DNA of 64,000 nt from an uncultured SAR86 cluster bacterium (GTDB taxonomy: Bacteria; Pseudomonadota; Gammaproteobacteria; Magnimaribacterales; D2472), in assembly GCA_902531245.1 (NCBI GenBank), contig CACADH010000005.1, positions 11,732 to 75,731 on the forward strand, read 5' to 3'. This document shows, piece after piece, positions 20,189 to 30,838 of this stretch. The notes under the pieces were generated by a model. It made no database searches and was not told where the DNA came from. It worked only from the letters and a program-made list of their open reading frames with translations. Within the stretch, counting starts at the first letter, position 1, and every line of letters starts with the position of its first letter. A program made the position numbers and the translations under genes.

Positions 20189-21781
20189 GTGTATTCAAGA
20201 AGAACTTTCTTAAAAATTACAGCAGGAATAATTGGCTTGTTTGGTGGAGGCTTCATATTACAAAACTCTAATAATCAAAAGGTAAAACACATATTGGCCT
20301 CAGCTAGTCATGAGAAATTAGCGCTTAGTGTATCTTTGTCTAAAAAAACTTCGAGGTTAGAGTTGGTATTGGATGATAGGATTGTTATTAAAGGGATTCA
20401 AACAGATAGGATAGGAACAAACTGGAAATTCATATCGAACAAGCTTCTACCAAATAACTCATATAAACTTCGATTGATGTCAGAAGGTGAAGGTATTTAT
20501 AAGTCATGGAACCTTAAGACCTTCCCTAGTCCAGATGCTAAAGTTGAAAATGTTTCAATAATGTCTTTCACTTGTGCTGGTGGTCCGGAGGGATTTAAAA
20601 TCGCCGGTAAAGAGTTCTTTAAACCTTTTAGATTTCGACAAAAAGTCTTTGATGAAGGATTGTCTATGAGACCAGATTTTGCAATTTCTATAGGTGATCA
20701 CATTTACTGGGATCTTAGAGGTCAAAATGCTCCTCAGATTGGTCGTGGAAATAAGTTAATAAAATTTTTTTTAGGAAGTTATATTGGTCTTGTCTATGGT
20801 TCTTTTAATAGATCTGAAAAAGCGAATAGCTCAAAAAATGAAAAAGTTCTTAAGAATATTGGTAATGAACAAATAGCATCTCTTTATGGGACAAGATTTA
20901 AGAGTACGCCAATTTTCTTTATTCCTGATGATCATGATTATTTTGAAAATGACGATGCTGAAAAAGAACTTGTGACATTCCCTGCAGATAACTTCAGTAA
21001 AGATGTTTTTAAAAAGATGGCTGACTTATTTTATCCTCCTTTATTAGATACTCCAGATGGAAAGCCCGGTAGAAAAATTGGCAGGATTAGATATGGAAAT
21101 GTTTTTGAGGGTTTGATGGCAGATTGTGCAGGTGATATGACCTTAGGCGATAAAAACGCTGTATTAATTTCTAAGCAAAATGAAGAATGGCTCTTATCTA
21201 GAATAAAAGATTCTCAAGTCAAGCACTTAGCATTTATTCCCTCGCATCCTTTTGGATACACTGCCGGCAAATGGCGAGAGTGGTATCCGGATGTAGTAGC
21301 TGAAGAAGGAGCTACTGGAACTATATCTAATGAGCTGCTCTCTGAAGTAAAAGGATCTCTTACGACTGATGTAAGTAAATATCTTTGGCAGGAGGGATGG
21401 TTTCTTCAGCATCAAAGGTTGATCAAATCTATTTCTAAAAGAAAAGGCTCAAGATTTATATTTTCCGGAGATATACATGCAATTGGTGCTGCTTCAATAA
21501 TGCAATCAGGTGATATTAAATTAAAAAATGAAGTAAAAACTTTCTTAGTAGGGCCTGTCGGAAGCTCGAGTGCCGGGTGGCCATCCTTTGCAAGAGGCAT
21601 AACAGCAGACAATCCTAAATCCTTGATATGTAATCCGGTCTTCAAAACTATAGAAGAAAACGGGTTTACTTTTTTTAAATTTGGCAAGGAATCTTTAGCA
21701 GAGATTATATCCTGTGGAGGTCATGATTCAGAAAATGGAGATACTGGAGAGATAGTTTCTAATAACAAGGTTTATTTATAA
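20189..21781 (+). CDS. Tat-exported PhoD-like metallophosphatase (putative)
   Basis: 530 aa with a GTG start. The N-terminus MYSRRTFLKITAG carries an exact SRRxFLK twin-arginine motif. SIGDHIYWD, PDDHDYFEND and FSGDIHA resemble the PhoD GDxxY / DDHE / GDxH motifs. Confidence 0.55.
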   Translation: MYSRRTFLKITAGIIGLFGGGFILQNSNNQKVKHILASASHEKLALSVSLSKKTSRLELVLDDRIVIKGIQTDRIGTNWKFISNKLLPNNSYKLRLMSEGEGIYKSWNLKTFPSPDAKVENVSIMSFTCAGGPEGFKIAGKEFFKPFRFRQKVFDEGLSMRPDFAISIGDHIYWDLRGQNAPQIGRGNKLIKFFLGSYIGLVYGSFNRSEKANSSKNEKVLKNIGNEQIASLYGTRFKSTPIFFIPDDHDYFENDDAEKELVTFPADNFSKDVFKKMADLFYPPLLDTPDGKPGRKIGRIRYGNVFEGLMADCAGDMTLGDKNAVLISKQNEEWLLSRIKDSQVKHLAFIPSHPFGYTAGKWREWYPDVVAEEGATGTISNELLSEVKGSLTTDVSKYLWQEGWFLQHQRLIKSISKRKGSRFIFSGDIHAIGAASIMQSGDIKLKNEVKTFLVGPVGSSSAGWPSFARGITADNPKSLICNPVFKTIEENGFTFFKFGKESLAEIISCGGHDSENGDTGEIVSNNKVYL

Positions 21782-21821
21782 ATAATTTGAGGCATTATTT
21801 AATATGTTATTTATAGTGATC

Positions 21822-24494
21822 TTAGTGAGCTTCATTCCAATTATTTCCAATAGCAGCTTCTGCAATCAATGGAATATTTAATTCTACTGTTTGCTCCATA
21901 GTATCTTTCATCATTTTCATAACTTTATCAGCATTTTCCTTTGGGCATTCAAAAACTAATTCATCGTGGACCTGCATAATCATTTTTACTTCTTGCATTT
22001 CATTTAATAAAAGCTGATCAATGTCGAGCATAGCCTTCTTGATAATATCTGCTGCTGAACCCTGAAGCGGAGCATTAATGGCAGCTCTTTCCGCTGCTTG
22101 TCTTCTTAAACCATTGGCTGCGTTAATTTCATTAAGATAAAGTCGTCGACCCATAATCGTTTCAACAAACTTATCTTCTTTTGCCTTAGCTTTTATATTA
22201 TCCATATAGTCTTTAACGCCAGTGTATCTAGCAAAATAAGTGTCGAGGTATTCTTGTGCTTCTGCTCTAGGAATGCCAAGCTGCCTTGTTAAACCAAAAG
22301 CTGACATCCCATACATTAGACCAAAGTTAATTGCTTTTGCGCTTCTTCTTTGATCTTGACTTACATCGTCTATTGAAACACCAAAAACTTCTGCGGCAGT
22401 TGACGAGTGAACATCAATATTATTGTTGAAGGCATGAGTCAGATTTTTATCGTTAGATAAATGCGCCATAATTCTTAATTCAATTTGAGAATAATCTGCT
22501 GATATAAGAGTATTGCCTTTCTCTGGAACAAAAGCCTCTCTAATTCTTCTACCTTCTGCAGTCTTAATTGGAATATTTTGAAGATTGGGTTCGGTGGATG
22601 AAAGCCTTCCAGTTGAAGTTACAGCCTGCTGATAAGAGGTATGAATTCTTTCTGTTTTTGGATTCTCTATATTTATAAGGCTATCGGTATAAGTAGATTT
22701 TAGTTTTGCTAACGTTCTATATTGCAAAATAATCTTTGGTAGCTCATATTCTTCTGAAAGCCTTTTAAGAGTATCTTCATTTGTTGAGGGTTGTCCTTTT
22801 GGAGTCTTTTTTAGAACAGGAAGTTTTTGTTTCTCATATAAAATTTCTAGTAATTGCTTTGGAGAATCTAAATTAAACTCTTCGCCAGCAATCTTATATG
22901 CTTGAGACGAAAGGTCGTCTATTTTTAAACCAAGTTCTTTCGAATGTTTGGCTAATTTTTTCTTATCTATCTTTGCTCCATTTTGTTCTACTCTAGATAA
23001 CACATGTACAAGAGGATATTCAATGTCATGTAATAGCTTTTCTTGATTTGGCTTTTCTTTGAGCATTGGTGCTAAAACGTTATAAAGTCTCAAGGTTATA
23101 TCAGCATCTTCAGCAGCATAATCAGATGCAACATCTAGTTTAACTTCTGAAAAGCTTATTTGTTTTGATGCTGTTCCAGTCACATCAGTATATTTGGTAG
23201 TTGTATAATTTAAATAATAGTCTGCAAGCCTATCCATTCCATGACGAGTTGCTGTGCTATTTAATACATATGACATAAGCATAGTGTCAGCAAGAAATTT
23301 TGTGATTTTAATTCCATATCTAGCTAAGATAGGTATATCAAATTTTAAATTTTGTCCTATTGCCTTATCCTGATTTTTTTCTATTATTGGTCCTAGGTTA
23401 TCTACCACATAATCCATACTCAATTGTTTTGGACAATCTTCATAAGAGTGAGCTATTGGGATATAGCATGCCTCGTTCTCAGAAATAGAAAGAGATATTC
23501 CTATTAAGTTGGCCGACACTGTATCTAAAGAATCGGTCTCTGTATCAATTGCAAAAGCTTTAGACTTATTAATCTTTGTAATCCAGTCTTTTAGACTTTT
23601 TTCATCCAGAACTGTTTCATAATTTGAATACTTCTTAGTATTTTCTTTTTGTTTGCCTTTATTAACTGATTTAAATTCCAAGTCTGAAAAAATTTTATCT
23701 AATTCTTCATCATTCGGATTAAAAACCAAAAGATCTTCAAATTTTTGATTCAAATCAACATTGGTTTTTAATGAAACCAATTCAATGTTCCTATCAATGT
23801 CATCAAGTGCATTTCTGAGATTTTCTCCAACAACGCCTGTTATTGAATCAGCGTTATCTTTAATACTTTGTATATCACCATATTCATTTAACCATTTGGC
23901 TGCTGTTTTTTGTCCAACTTTTGGAACTCCAGGAATATTATCTGAGGCATCACCTACTAGTGCGAGCATATCTCTTATTTGGTTGGGCTTTACGCCAAAC
24001 TTTTCAAATACGCTCTCTTCATTGAAGATTTTATGCTTCATAGTGTCCATGACTGTTGTATGTGGATCTTCAACAAGCTGCATCAAATCTTTATCTAATG
24101 AAGATATAACACATTTATATTTTGCATCTTTTGCCATCTGTGAAATGGTTGCTATAACATCATCAGCTTCAACTCCTTCAATTTCAATTAAAGGAAATCC
24201 GATTGCACGGCATATTGATTTAACAGGAATAAGTTGATCTCTTAATTCGTCTGGCATAGGTGGTCTGTTAGCTTTATATTCTGAATAAATATCGCTTCTA
24301 AAAGTTTTACCTTTTGCATCAAACACAACAATTATTGGAGAGCCTTCGCTATCCTTTTTAAGGTTCATTAGCATATTTGTTACTCCCTTTACTGCACCTG
24401 TAGGTTTACCAGAGGAAGTGCTCAGGGGTGGCATTGCATGGAATGCCCTATATAAATATGAGGACCCATCTATTACAAAAATTCTATCTTTCAT
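21822..24494 (-). CDS. polA: DNA polymerase I
   Basis: 890 aa with a 5'-nuclease N-terminus, a 3'-5' exonuclease region (FAIDTETDSL) and polymerase motifs RRSAKAINFGLMYGMS and QVHDELVFE. Confidence 0.97.
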   Translation of the reverse strand: MKDRIFVIDGSSYLYRAFHAMPPLSTSSGKPTGAVKGVTNMLMNLKKDSEGSPIIVVFDAKGKTFRSDIYSEYKANRPPMPDELRDQLIPVKSICRAIGFPLIEIEGVEADDVIATISQMAKDAKYKCVISSLDKDLMQLVEDPHTTVMDTMKHKIFNEESVFEKFGVKPNQIRDMLALVGDASDNIPGVPKVGQKTAAKWLNEYGDIQSIKDNADSITGVVGENLRNALDDIDRNIELVSLKTNVDLNQKFEDLLVFNPNDEELDKIFSDLEFKSVNKGKQKENTKKYSNYETVLDEKSLKDWITKINKSKAFAIDTETDSLDTVSANLIGISLSISENEACYIPIAHSYEDCPKQLSMDYVVDNLGPIIEKNQDKAIGQNLKFDIPILARYGIKITKFLADTMLMSYVLNSTATRHGMDRLADYYLNYTTTKYTDVTGTASKQISFSEVKLDVASDYAAEDADITLRLYNVLAPMLKEKPNQEKLLHDIEYPLVHVLSRVEQNGAKIDKKKLAKHSKELGLKIDDLSSQAYKIAGEEFNLDSPKQLLEILYEKQKLPVLKKTPKGQPSTNEDTLKRLSEEYELPKIILQYRTLAKLKSTYTDSLINIENPKTERIHTSYQQAVTSTGRLSSTEPNLQNIPIKTAEGRRIREAFVPEKGNTLISADYSQIELRIMAHLSNDKNLTHAFNNNIDVHSSTAAEVFGVSIDDVSQDQRRSAKAINFGLMYGMSAFGLTRQLGIPRAEAQEYLDTYFARYTGVKDYMDNIKAKAKEDKFVETIMGRRLYLNEINAANGLRRQAAERAAINAPLQGSAADIIKKAMLDIDQLLLNEMQEVKMIMQVHDELVFECPKENADKVMKMMKDTMEQTVELNIPLIAEAAIGNNWNEAH

Positions 24495-24557
24495 GTTTGT
24501 CTTTTATATAATGTATTATGACTCCTGTTTTTCTATAATGGAAAAAATTAAATAAAA

Positions 24558-25067
24558 ATGTATAAAACAATTTCAGGCTTAGTAAAAAAGATTTTCCAAG
24601 ATTATTTTGAATGGGCTATAGCAATTTCAGCTATTTTAATAATCTTGTTAGCTGTTGTAATGGATAAGTTTTTATATTTACAGGCTTGTCCGTTATGCAT
24701 ACTAACAAGATACGTTTTTGGGCTAATTGGTATCTCGGCACTAATTGGCATTTTGTTTAAGAAAAAGCTTGTCGGCGGAATTTTGATTGTGCTATCGTCA
24801 GTAATTGGTTTGTTCGTTACCTCAAGGCAGATATATATTCAAAATATGTCAATTGATGAAATTGCTCAGCTTTCAGGATGCAGTATGCCTTTTAACACTC
24901 AAGTAGAATATTTTGGTCTTATCGAAGCAATAAATAGGACTCTTGCAGGCGGACCTAGTTGTGCAGAGGACGGATGGAGATTTGTATTCAATTTTGCAGA
25001 ATGGGGTTTCCTATTTTTTGCTATATATCTGATTAGTAGTATATATAAGTATAGAAAATCGAATTGA
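24558..25067 (+). CDS. dsbB: disulfide bond formation protein DsbB
   Basis: 169 aa with four TM segments, a first Cys pair ACPLCILTRY and a second periplasmic-loop Cys pair (CSMPF...PSCAEDGW). Confidence 0.8.
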   Translation: MYKTISGLVKKIFQDYFEWAIAISAILIILLAVVMDKFLYLQACPLCILTRYVFGLIGISALIGILFKKKLVGGILIVLSSVIGLFVTSRQIYIQNMSIDEIAQLSGCSMPFNTQVEYFGLIEAINRTLAGGPSCAEDGWRFVFNFAEWGFLFFAIYLISSIYKYRKSN

Positions 25068-25191
25068 TTCATTAAATATGTAGTAAAACTACAGATAAAA
25101 TCTCTTTAAAGTACTATATCTAAAGTATTTATATAATTTATTGACTTTTACATACATATATTTTTTAATTCACTACATAATAACTCACTTT

Positions 25192-25282
25192 ATTAATAAC
25201 AAAGAAAATATTATAGGTACATAATTATTTCCTCTACATATATAATTATTCCCCCCAAGTACCTATAATATTTGTTATTAAT
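25192..25282. repeat. imperfect inverted repeat spanning the pckA leader up to 2 nt before the ATG
   Basis: The left arm is 25192-25220 (attaataacaaagaaaatattataggtac). The right arm is 25259-25282 (gtacctataatatttgttattaat). Together they give 12+12 complementary nt, with a 5-nt bulge in the left arm. The 38-nt loop holds a direct repeat ataattatt(t)cc. Confidence 0.7.
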
Positions 25283-25283
25283 C

Positions 25284-26828
25284 ATGAGTAATCAACCACA
25301 AGAACCTATTCGTATGAGCACTGATCAATTAATTGATGCTGCTGTTGCAAATAAAGAAGGTATTATTGCAAGTAATGGTGCGTTTTCTACAACCACTGGT
25401 GAGAGGAGTTCAAGAAGCCCTGAAGATAGATTTATTGTGCAAGAAGCACACACAGAGGATTTAATTGAATGGGGTGAAGTAAATAGGCCTTTTGACAGAG
25501 AAAAATTTAATAGTTTGTGGGATAAAGTTGAATCTTATTTGGCCAAAAAAAGTAGTTATATTTCAGATGTTCACGTAGGGGCGCATCCAGAATATTATTT
25601 ACCTGTTCAGGTTACTACCGAAACGGCGTGGCATTCATTGTTTGCTAGATTAATTTTTATAAGTCCAGATAATTTTAATCCACTTAATAAAATAAAGTGG
25701 GAAATTTTAAGCGCTGCAAACTATGAATGTATTCCTGAAGAAGATGGGACTAATTCAGAAAGTTGTATAGTGATTAACTTTTCTGAAAGAAAGGTCTTAA
25801 TCGCAGGCATGAAATATGCAGGCGAGTTAAAAAAATCGATGTTCTCTGTTCAAAATTTTTTATTAACTGACGACGACGTATTGCCAATGCACTGCTCAGC
25901 AAATATAAATAAAAATAGTAACGTAACTCTATTTTTTGGTTTGTCAGGAACTGGGAAAACAACGCTTTCAGCAGATCTTAACTGTTCACTCATAGGCGAT
26001 GACGAACATGGTTGGAGTAAAGGGGCTGTTTTTAATTTTGAGGGTGGTTGTTATGCAAAAACTGTTAATTTGTCAAAAGAAAACGAGCCGGTAATTTACA
26101 ACGCTATAAAGCATGGTAGTGTAATTGAGAATGTTTACATAGATGATGATAATGAGCCTGATTACTCTAATATTTCGATTTCAGAGAACGGAAGATGTTG
26201 TTACCCAAGATCACACATCGAGAATGCAGTCAAAGAAAATGCAGCAGGAGAACCAAAGACCATTATTTTCTTAACATGTGATCTTACTGGTGTAATGCCT
26301 CCAGTCTCAATATTATCCAGAGAAAGTGCAGCCTATCATTTCTTAAGTGGCTATACTGCAAAGCTTGGCTCGACAGAAAGAGGTGCTGGTGCTCCTATTC
26401 AATCTACTTTTTCTACATGTTTTGGGGCTCCTTTTTTTCCAAGGCCAGCAAGCGTTTATGCAGATCTTTTAATGAAGCGTGTTGAAGAATTTGATTCTAA
26501 GGTGTTTCTTGTAAATACTGGGTGGACAGGCGGTCCTTATGGAGTCGGATCTAGGTTTGATATTCCAATCACTAGAAGAATAGTAAATGCAATTCAGGAT
26601 GGAGAGTTAAATAACGTAGAAACATTAAAAATTCCTGGTTTAAACTTGAGCATACCCAAGTCTGTAAATGGGGTGGACACAAAATTATTAAATCCAATTG
26701 AAAATTGGGATGATAAAGATAAATATCAAAAACAGTTAGAAGACTTAGTCTCACAATTCCAAGAAAATTTTAAAAAATATGATGTAAATCAAGAAATAGT
26801 GTCAGCCGGCCCAGGATTTGATGGCTAA
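25284..26828 (+). CDS. pckA: phosphoenolpyruvate carboxykinase (ATP)
   Basis: ORF track gives 25272..26828; ATG 25284 (MSNQPQEP..) is preferred. It has the kinase-1a motif [11 protein letters not shown] and the IGDDEHGW motif. Confidence 0.95.
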   Translation: MSNQPQEPIRMSTDQLIDAAVANKEGIIASNGAFSTTTGERSSRSPEDRFIVQEAHTEDLIEWGEVNRPFDREKFNSLWDKVESYLAKKSSYISDVHVGAHPEYYLPVQVTTETAWHSLFARLIFISPDNFNPLNKIKWEILSAANYECIPEEDGTNSESCIVINFSERKVLIAGMKYAGELKKSMFSVQNFLLTDDDVLPMHCSANINKNSNVTLFFGLSGTGKTTLSADLNCSLIGDDEHGWSKGAVFNFEGGCYAKTVNLSKENEPVIYNAIKHGSVIENVYIDDDNEPDYSNISISENGRCCYPRSHIENAVKENAAGEPKTIIFLTCDLTGVMPPVSILSRESAAYHFLSGYTAKLGSTERGAGAPIQSTFSTCFGAPFFPRPASVYADLLMKRVEEFDSKVFLVNTGWTGGPYGVGSRFDIPITRRIVNAIQDGELNNVETLKIPGLNLSIPKSVNGVDTKLLNPIENWDDKDKYQKQLEDLVSQFQENFKKYDVNQEIVSAGPGFDG

Positions 26829-28326
26829 TGTATTGTTAAAAAGCAAACTAAGTAAATTAAAGGACAATGGGTTTTTTAATAATTTAGTTATAAAAAGAGG
26901 TATTGAAAAAGAATTCTTTAGAGTAAGCAATAATGGATATTTATCAAAAAAACCTCATCCGGAGTCTCTTGGTTCTGCCTTAACAAATAAGTATATAACG
27001 ACAGACTTTGCTGAAGCTCAACTAGAGCTTGTTACCCCAGTCTTTGAAGATGTAAATGATCTTTATGATTTTCTCTACTCTCTTCATTTATTTGTTGCTC
27101 AAAATATAGACAAAAATGAAGTATTGTGGCCATTTTCAATGCCTCCTAGAATTAAAAAAGAGTCTGATATACATCTTGGTTATTATCATCAAAGTAATAT
27201 TGGTTTACTTAAACATGTTTATAGAAGGGGTTTAAAGGTAAGGTATGGTCCAACAATGCAATGTGTTTCTGGCATGCATTATAACTTTTCAATAAAGCCA
27301 AGTTCATTGGCTATATTTACTGAATCAAATGATCAAAAAGATATTGATAACGCATATCTTGGACTAATAAGAAACTTTAAAAGATTGTTTTGGTTCGTTT
27401 TAACAGAATTTGGACAAACAAATGTTGTTGACAAAACATTTGTAAAAAACAGAGATCATATTCTTAAAGAGTTAAATGATGAAGATATGTATCTTAAGAA
27501 TGCTACATCTCTAAGAATGAGTGAGATAGGTTATCAAAGCAAGGCACAAAAAGATTTAGGTATTAAATATAACTCTCTACCCAGTTTTCTTAAGAAAATT
27601 AAGGATGCAATCACCATACCCTACCCAGAGTTTGAAAAAAAAGGACTTAGAAAGTCTAACGGAGATTTACATCAAATCTCTAATGGAATAATTCAAATTG
27701 AAAACGAATATTATGATTCCATAAGACCAAAAAGGTCCTCGTCTAATAATATGAGGCCCTATGAGCTTCTAAAGAATTTTGGTATCGAATATGTGGAAAT
27801 ACGAGGCATTGATATTTCACCATATGATTTAACAGGTATGTCGATTCATCAAATACATTTTTTAGATTTGATTCTTCTTTATTGTTTAATAAATCCAAGC
27901 CCAGAAATATCAAATGGTGAAAAGAATGAAATTGATTCAAATGACTTCAAAGCCATATATGGAGGTAGAGACAAAAGCACAGAAATATCTATAAATGGTA
28001 TTAAAACCGATATTGGAAGTGCTAGAGAAAAGGTTATAAAAGATCTAAAGCTTATTGCAGAGCACCTTAAAGAAAATGATAAAGCTCAAGATTCAATAGA
28101 ACATACTTTAAAAACAAAAAAAGGGATCATTTTAGATAATGCTTTTCATGATGAAGGTTTGGAAAAAGCAAAAAATAATACTAAAACTTTAAGATCAGAT
28201 GATTCAAAAAATATTGATGGTATAAAAAAAGAAGCAGAGTTATCATTAGAAGAACTTAGCAAAATCCAGAAAAATTCTAATGAAGAAATGGATAAATATG
28301 TCAAAAGTTACAATTTAAACTTATAG
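26821..28326 (+). CDS. gshA: glutamate--cysteine ligase (gammaproteobacterial GshA type)
   Basis: About 501 aa with GIEKEFFRV and [13 protein letters not shown] motifs. The ATG at 26821 overlaps the pckA stop (ATGGCTAA). Confidence 0.85.
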   Translation: MANVLLKSKLSKLKDNGFFNNLVIKRGIEKEFFRVSNNGYLSKKPHPESLGSALTNKYITTDFAEAQLELVTPVFEDVNDLYDFLYSLHLFVAQNIDKNEVLWPFSMPPRIKKESDIHLGYYHQSNIGLLKHVYRRGLKVRYGPTMQCVSGMHYNFSIKPSSLAIFTESNDQKDIDNAYLGLIRNFKRLFWFVLTEFGQTNVVDKTFVKNRDHILKELNDEDMYLKNATSLRMSEIGYQSKAQKDLGIKYNSLPSFLKKIKDAITIPYPEFEKKGLRKSNGDLHQISNGIIQIENEYYDSIRPKRSSSNNMRPYELLKNFGIEYVEIRGIDISPYDLTGMSIHQIHFLDLILLYCLINPSPEISNGEKNEIDSNDFKAIYGGRDKSTEISINGIKTDIGSAREKVIKDLKLIAEHLKENDKAQDSIEHTLKTKKGIILDNAFHDEGLEKAKNNTKTLRSDDSKNIDGIKKEAELSLEELSKIQKNSNEEMDKYVKSYNLNL

Positions 28327-28335
28327 GGGGACATT

Positions 28336-29334
28336 ATGAAAGCTTTACAATGTGTTGAACTTGGCATGCCAGATAAATTGCAGGTTAATGAAATACCTGA
28401 TCCTGAGCTTCTTCCTGGACATGTTTTGATTGATAACAAAGCAGCTAGTGTTAATTTTCCTGATGTCTTAATGATTCAAGGCTTATATCAATTTCAACCG
28501 GAGCTGCCTTTTTCACCAGGAGGTGAATCTGCTGGAATTGTTTCTTCTGTTGGAGAGGGAGTGGAAAATATCGCTGTTGGAGATAGAGTATTTGCAATGA
28601 CAGGGCTAGGAGCTTTTGCTGAAAAAATAGTTGCTCCGGAACATGCTGTTGTAAAAATTCCTGAAATCATGGATTTTGAGACTGCAGCAGCGCTTCCAAT
28701 GACCTATGGAACATCTTTATATGCTCTTAAACAAAGAGCTGAATTGAAAGAAGGAGAAACGCTTCTTGTTTTAGGTGCTGCGGGTGGTGTTGGGCTGGCA
28801 ACAGTTGAGCTTGGAAAAGCAATGGGTGCAAAAGTTATAGCAGCAGCATCAACTCAAGAAAAAGTAGATTTATGCATACAGCATGGTGCTGATGAAGGCT
28901 TTATATACCCTACTGGCAAACTTGATAGAGATCAGCAAAAAGAACTCTCTTCAAAGATTAAAGAATTAACTGGGGGAATGGGAGCAAATGTTGTTTATGA
29001 TCCTGTTGGAGATGACTATTCTGAACCATGCATTAGGGCAACAGCATGGGATGGAAGATATTTAGTAATTGGCTTTGCAGCAGGTGAAATCCCAAAAATA
29101 CCCATTAATCTTGCCCTGTTAAAAGGAATGAAGATTGTAGGCGTGTTTTGGGGTGCTTGGGTTGGTATGTTTCCTGAAGAAAATAAAAAAAATTTCCAGA
29201 AACTTTTTCAGCTTCACTCTGATGGTAAAATTAATCCAGAAGTTTCTGATTCATTCTCTTTAGATAAAGGCGCTCAAGCAATTGCTCATTTAAAAGATAG
29301 AAAGGCTAAAGGTAAAGTAATCATCAAAATATAA
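28336..29334 (+). CDS. NADPH:quinone oxidoreductase / zeta-crystallin-type MDR family oxidoreductase
   Basis: 332 aa with an MDR fold pattern, the nucleotide-binding motif GAAGGVGLATVELGKAMGAKV and a C-terminal KGKVIIKI. Confidence 0.75.
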   Translation: MKALQCVELGMPDKLQVNEIPDPELLPGHVLIDNKAASVNFPDVLMIQGLYQFQPELPFSPGGESAGIVSSVGEGVENIAVGDRVFAMTGLGAFAEKIVAPEHAVVKIPEIMDFETAAALPMTYGTSLYALKQRAELKEGETLLVLGAAGGVGLATVELGKAMGAKVIAAASTQEKVDLCIQHGADEGFIYPTGKLDRDQQKELSSKIKELTGGMGANVVYDPVGDDYSEPCIRATAWDGRYLVIGFAAGEIPKIPINLALLKGMKIVGVFWGAWVGMFPEENKKNFQKLFQLHSDGKINPEVSDSFSLDKGAQAIAHLKDRKAKGKVIIKI

Positions 29335-29336
29335 AT

Positions 29337-29972
29337 TTAGTCTTGAGTTACTGATTGATAAGTTAATGATAATCTTGAAATATCAAATGGCGGTCTAAAA
29401 AAACCTGCAAACTCGCCATCAGGGTTTAATAAAATAATATTATTAACATGATTATCTAGGTGAGAATGATCTGTATTGTCATTGCTTGGCATAACATTAT
29501 TAACAGATAATTGTGTTGCAAGGCTTAAAAGCATTGGCCTTGTATTAGATATTCCAATAAAAGATGTATCAAATCCTTTGGCATATTTATTTATATCTTC
29601 AGGTGAATCTCTTTCAGGGTCTATAGAGACTAAAACCCATTGTTTATTATCTAAAGGAAATTCCTTTTCTTTCAATACTTTTATAAGCTTAGAAAGTTGA
29701 TACATGGTGGTTGGACATTCATCTGGACATCTTGTAAATCCAAAATACATTAGTGTCCATTTTCCCATAAGATTTGATTTATTAAATTCGCTGCCATCAG
29801 CAGTAAAAAAACTAAAATCAGAAATCTTTTTGGGAGCTTCAAACAAGAAGAGTCCATTGATTAAAAGCTCATTCGTGCTAAGAGTTCTTGGGGTTGTTAA
29901 TTTGTTTATAAAAAGGACTAGAACGGTCAGAATGAAAATTGCAATTATTAATAAATTCTTCTTTATTGTCAT
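29337..29972 (-). CDS. SCO1/SenC copper chaperone for cytochrome oxidase
   Basis: About 211 aa with an N-terminal TM anchor, FGFTRCPDECPTT (CxxxC) and a downstream conserved His. It is the last gene of the cox assembly cluster. Confidence 0.8.
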   Translation of the reverse strand: MTIKKNLLIIAIFILTVLVLFINKLTTPRTLSTNELLINGLFLFEAPKKISDFSFFTADGSEFNKSNLMGKWTLMYFGFTRCPDECPTTMYQLSKLIKVLKEKEFPLDNKQWVLVSIDPERDSPEDINKYAKGFDTSFIGISNTRPMLLSLATQLSVNNVMPSNDNTDHSHLDNHVNNIILLNPDGEFAGFFRPPFDISRLSLTYQSVTQD

Positions 29973-30838
29973 CAACTAGTAATTATAAAGTGGTCTAGCA
30001 ACAAAGCTAAAAAAATTAAGAAAATATAATAGATGGAAAACTGGAAAGTTTTCATAGCATCTTCATCATCATTACTGTAATAAAGATTTATTGAGTAGTA
30101 TAAAAATACTGTGCTTAAGGCCAATGCAGAAAATAAATATATCTCTCCAGACATTAGAACAACATATGGCAAGAGGCTTACTATAAAAAGAATAATTGTA
30201 TATAAGACTATCTGTAATTTAGTAAAAATAACTCCATGGGTTACAGGTAACATAGGGATAGATTCTTTTGCATATTCATCTTTTCGATAAATTGCTAAGG
30301 CCCAAAAATGTGGTGGCGTCCATACAAAAATTATTAAAACTAACAACAAAGCATAAGGCTCGATGGTATTTGATACAGATGCCCAGCCCAATAAAGGCGG
30401 TGCAGCACCTGCCAGTCCACCTATTACTATATTTTGTGGCGTAGCTCTTTTTAAATAAACGGTGTATATAAATGCATACCCTATTAAAGATGCTAAAGTG
30501 AGAATCATTGTGAGAGTATTAACGTATAGGTATAAAATTAATGCTCCTAGAATTCCTATCACTAGTGCAAAGATTGAGGCATGAGTAGCTGAAAGCTCTC
30601 CTTGTGGCAGAGGTCTTTGATCAGTCCTTGTCATAGATGCGTCAGTATTCCTATCAATTACTTGATTAATTGCTGCCGCAGATGCAGCACAAAATGCTAT
30701 ACCAGATAAAGATACAAACAGATACCAAAATGAACTTACTGATTCCTCCGCTAATAACATTCCTACAAAAGCACAAATTAGCATCATGTAAACAACATTT
30801 GGTTTACAAAGCTCATAATAGCTTTTAAGAAGTGTCAT
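29972..30838 (-). CDS. ctaB: protohaem IX farnesyltransferase (haem O synthase)
   Basis: A polytopic UbiA-family protein with a TDQRPL motif. ATG 30838 is preferred (ATGA overlap with the ctaA stop); the ORF track starts at 30847. Confidence 0.9.
   Translation of the reverse strand: MTLLKSYYELCKPNVVYMMLICAFVGMLLAEESVSSFWYLFVSLSGIAFCAASAAAINQVIDRNTDASMTRTDQRPLPQGELSATHASIFALVIGILGALILYLYVNTLTMILTLASLIGYAFIYTVYLKRATPQNIVIGGLAGAAPPLLGWASVSNTIEPYALLLVLIIFVWTPPHFWALAIYRKDEYAKESIPMLPVTHGVIFTKLQIVLYTIILFIVSLLPYVVLMSGEIYLFSALALSTVFLYYSINLYYSNDDEDAMKTFQFSIYYIFLIFLALLLDHFIITS

Noticed and set aside
21780-21800. Inverted repeat aaataat-ttgaggc-attattt between the PhoD-like gene and polA as a bidirectional terminator
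   Set aside because: The stem is made entirely of A-T pairs (7 bp), so predicted stability is very low. Such repeats are frequent by chance in this composition.
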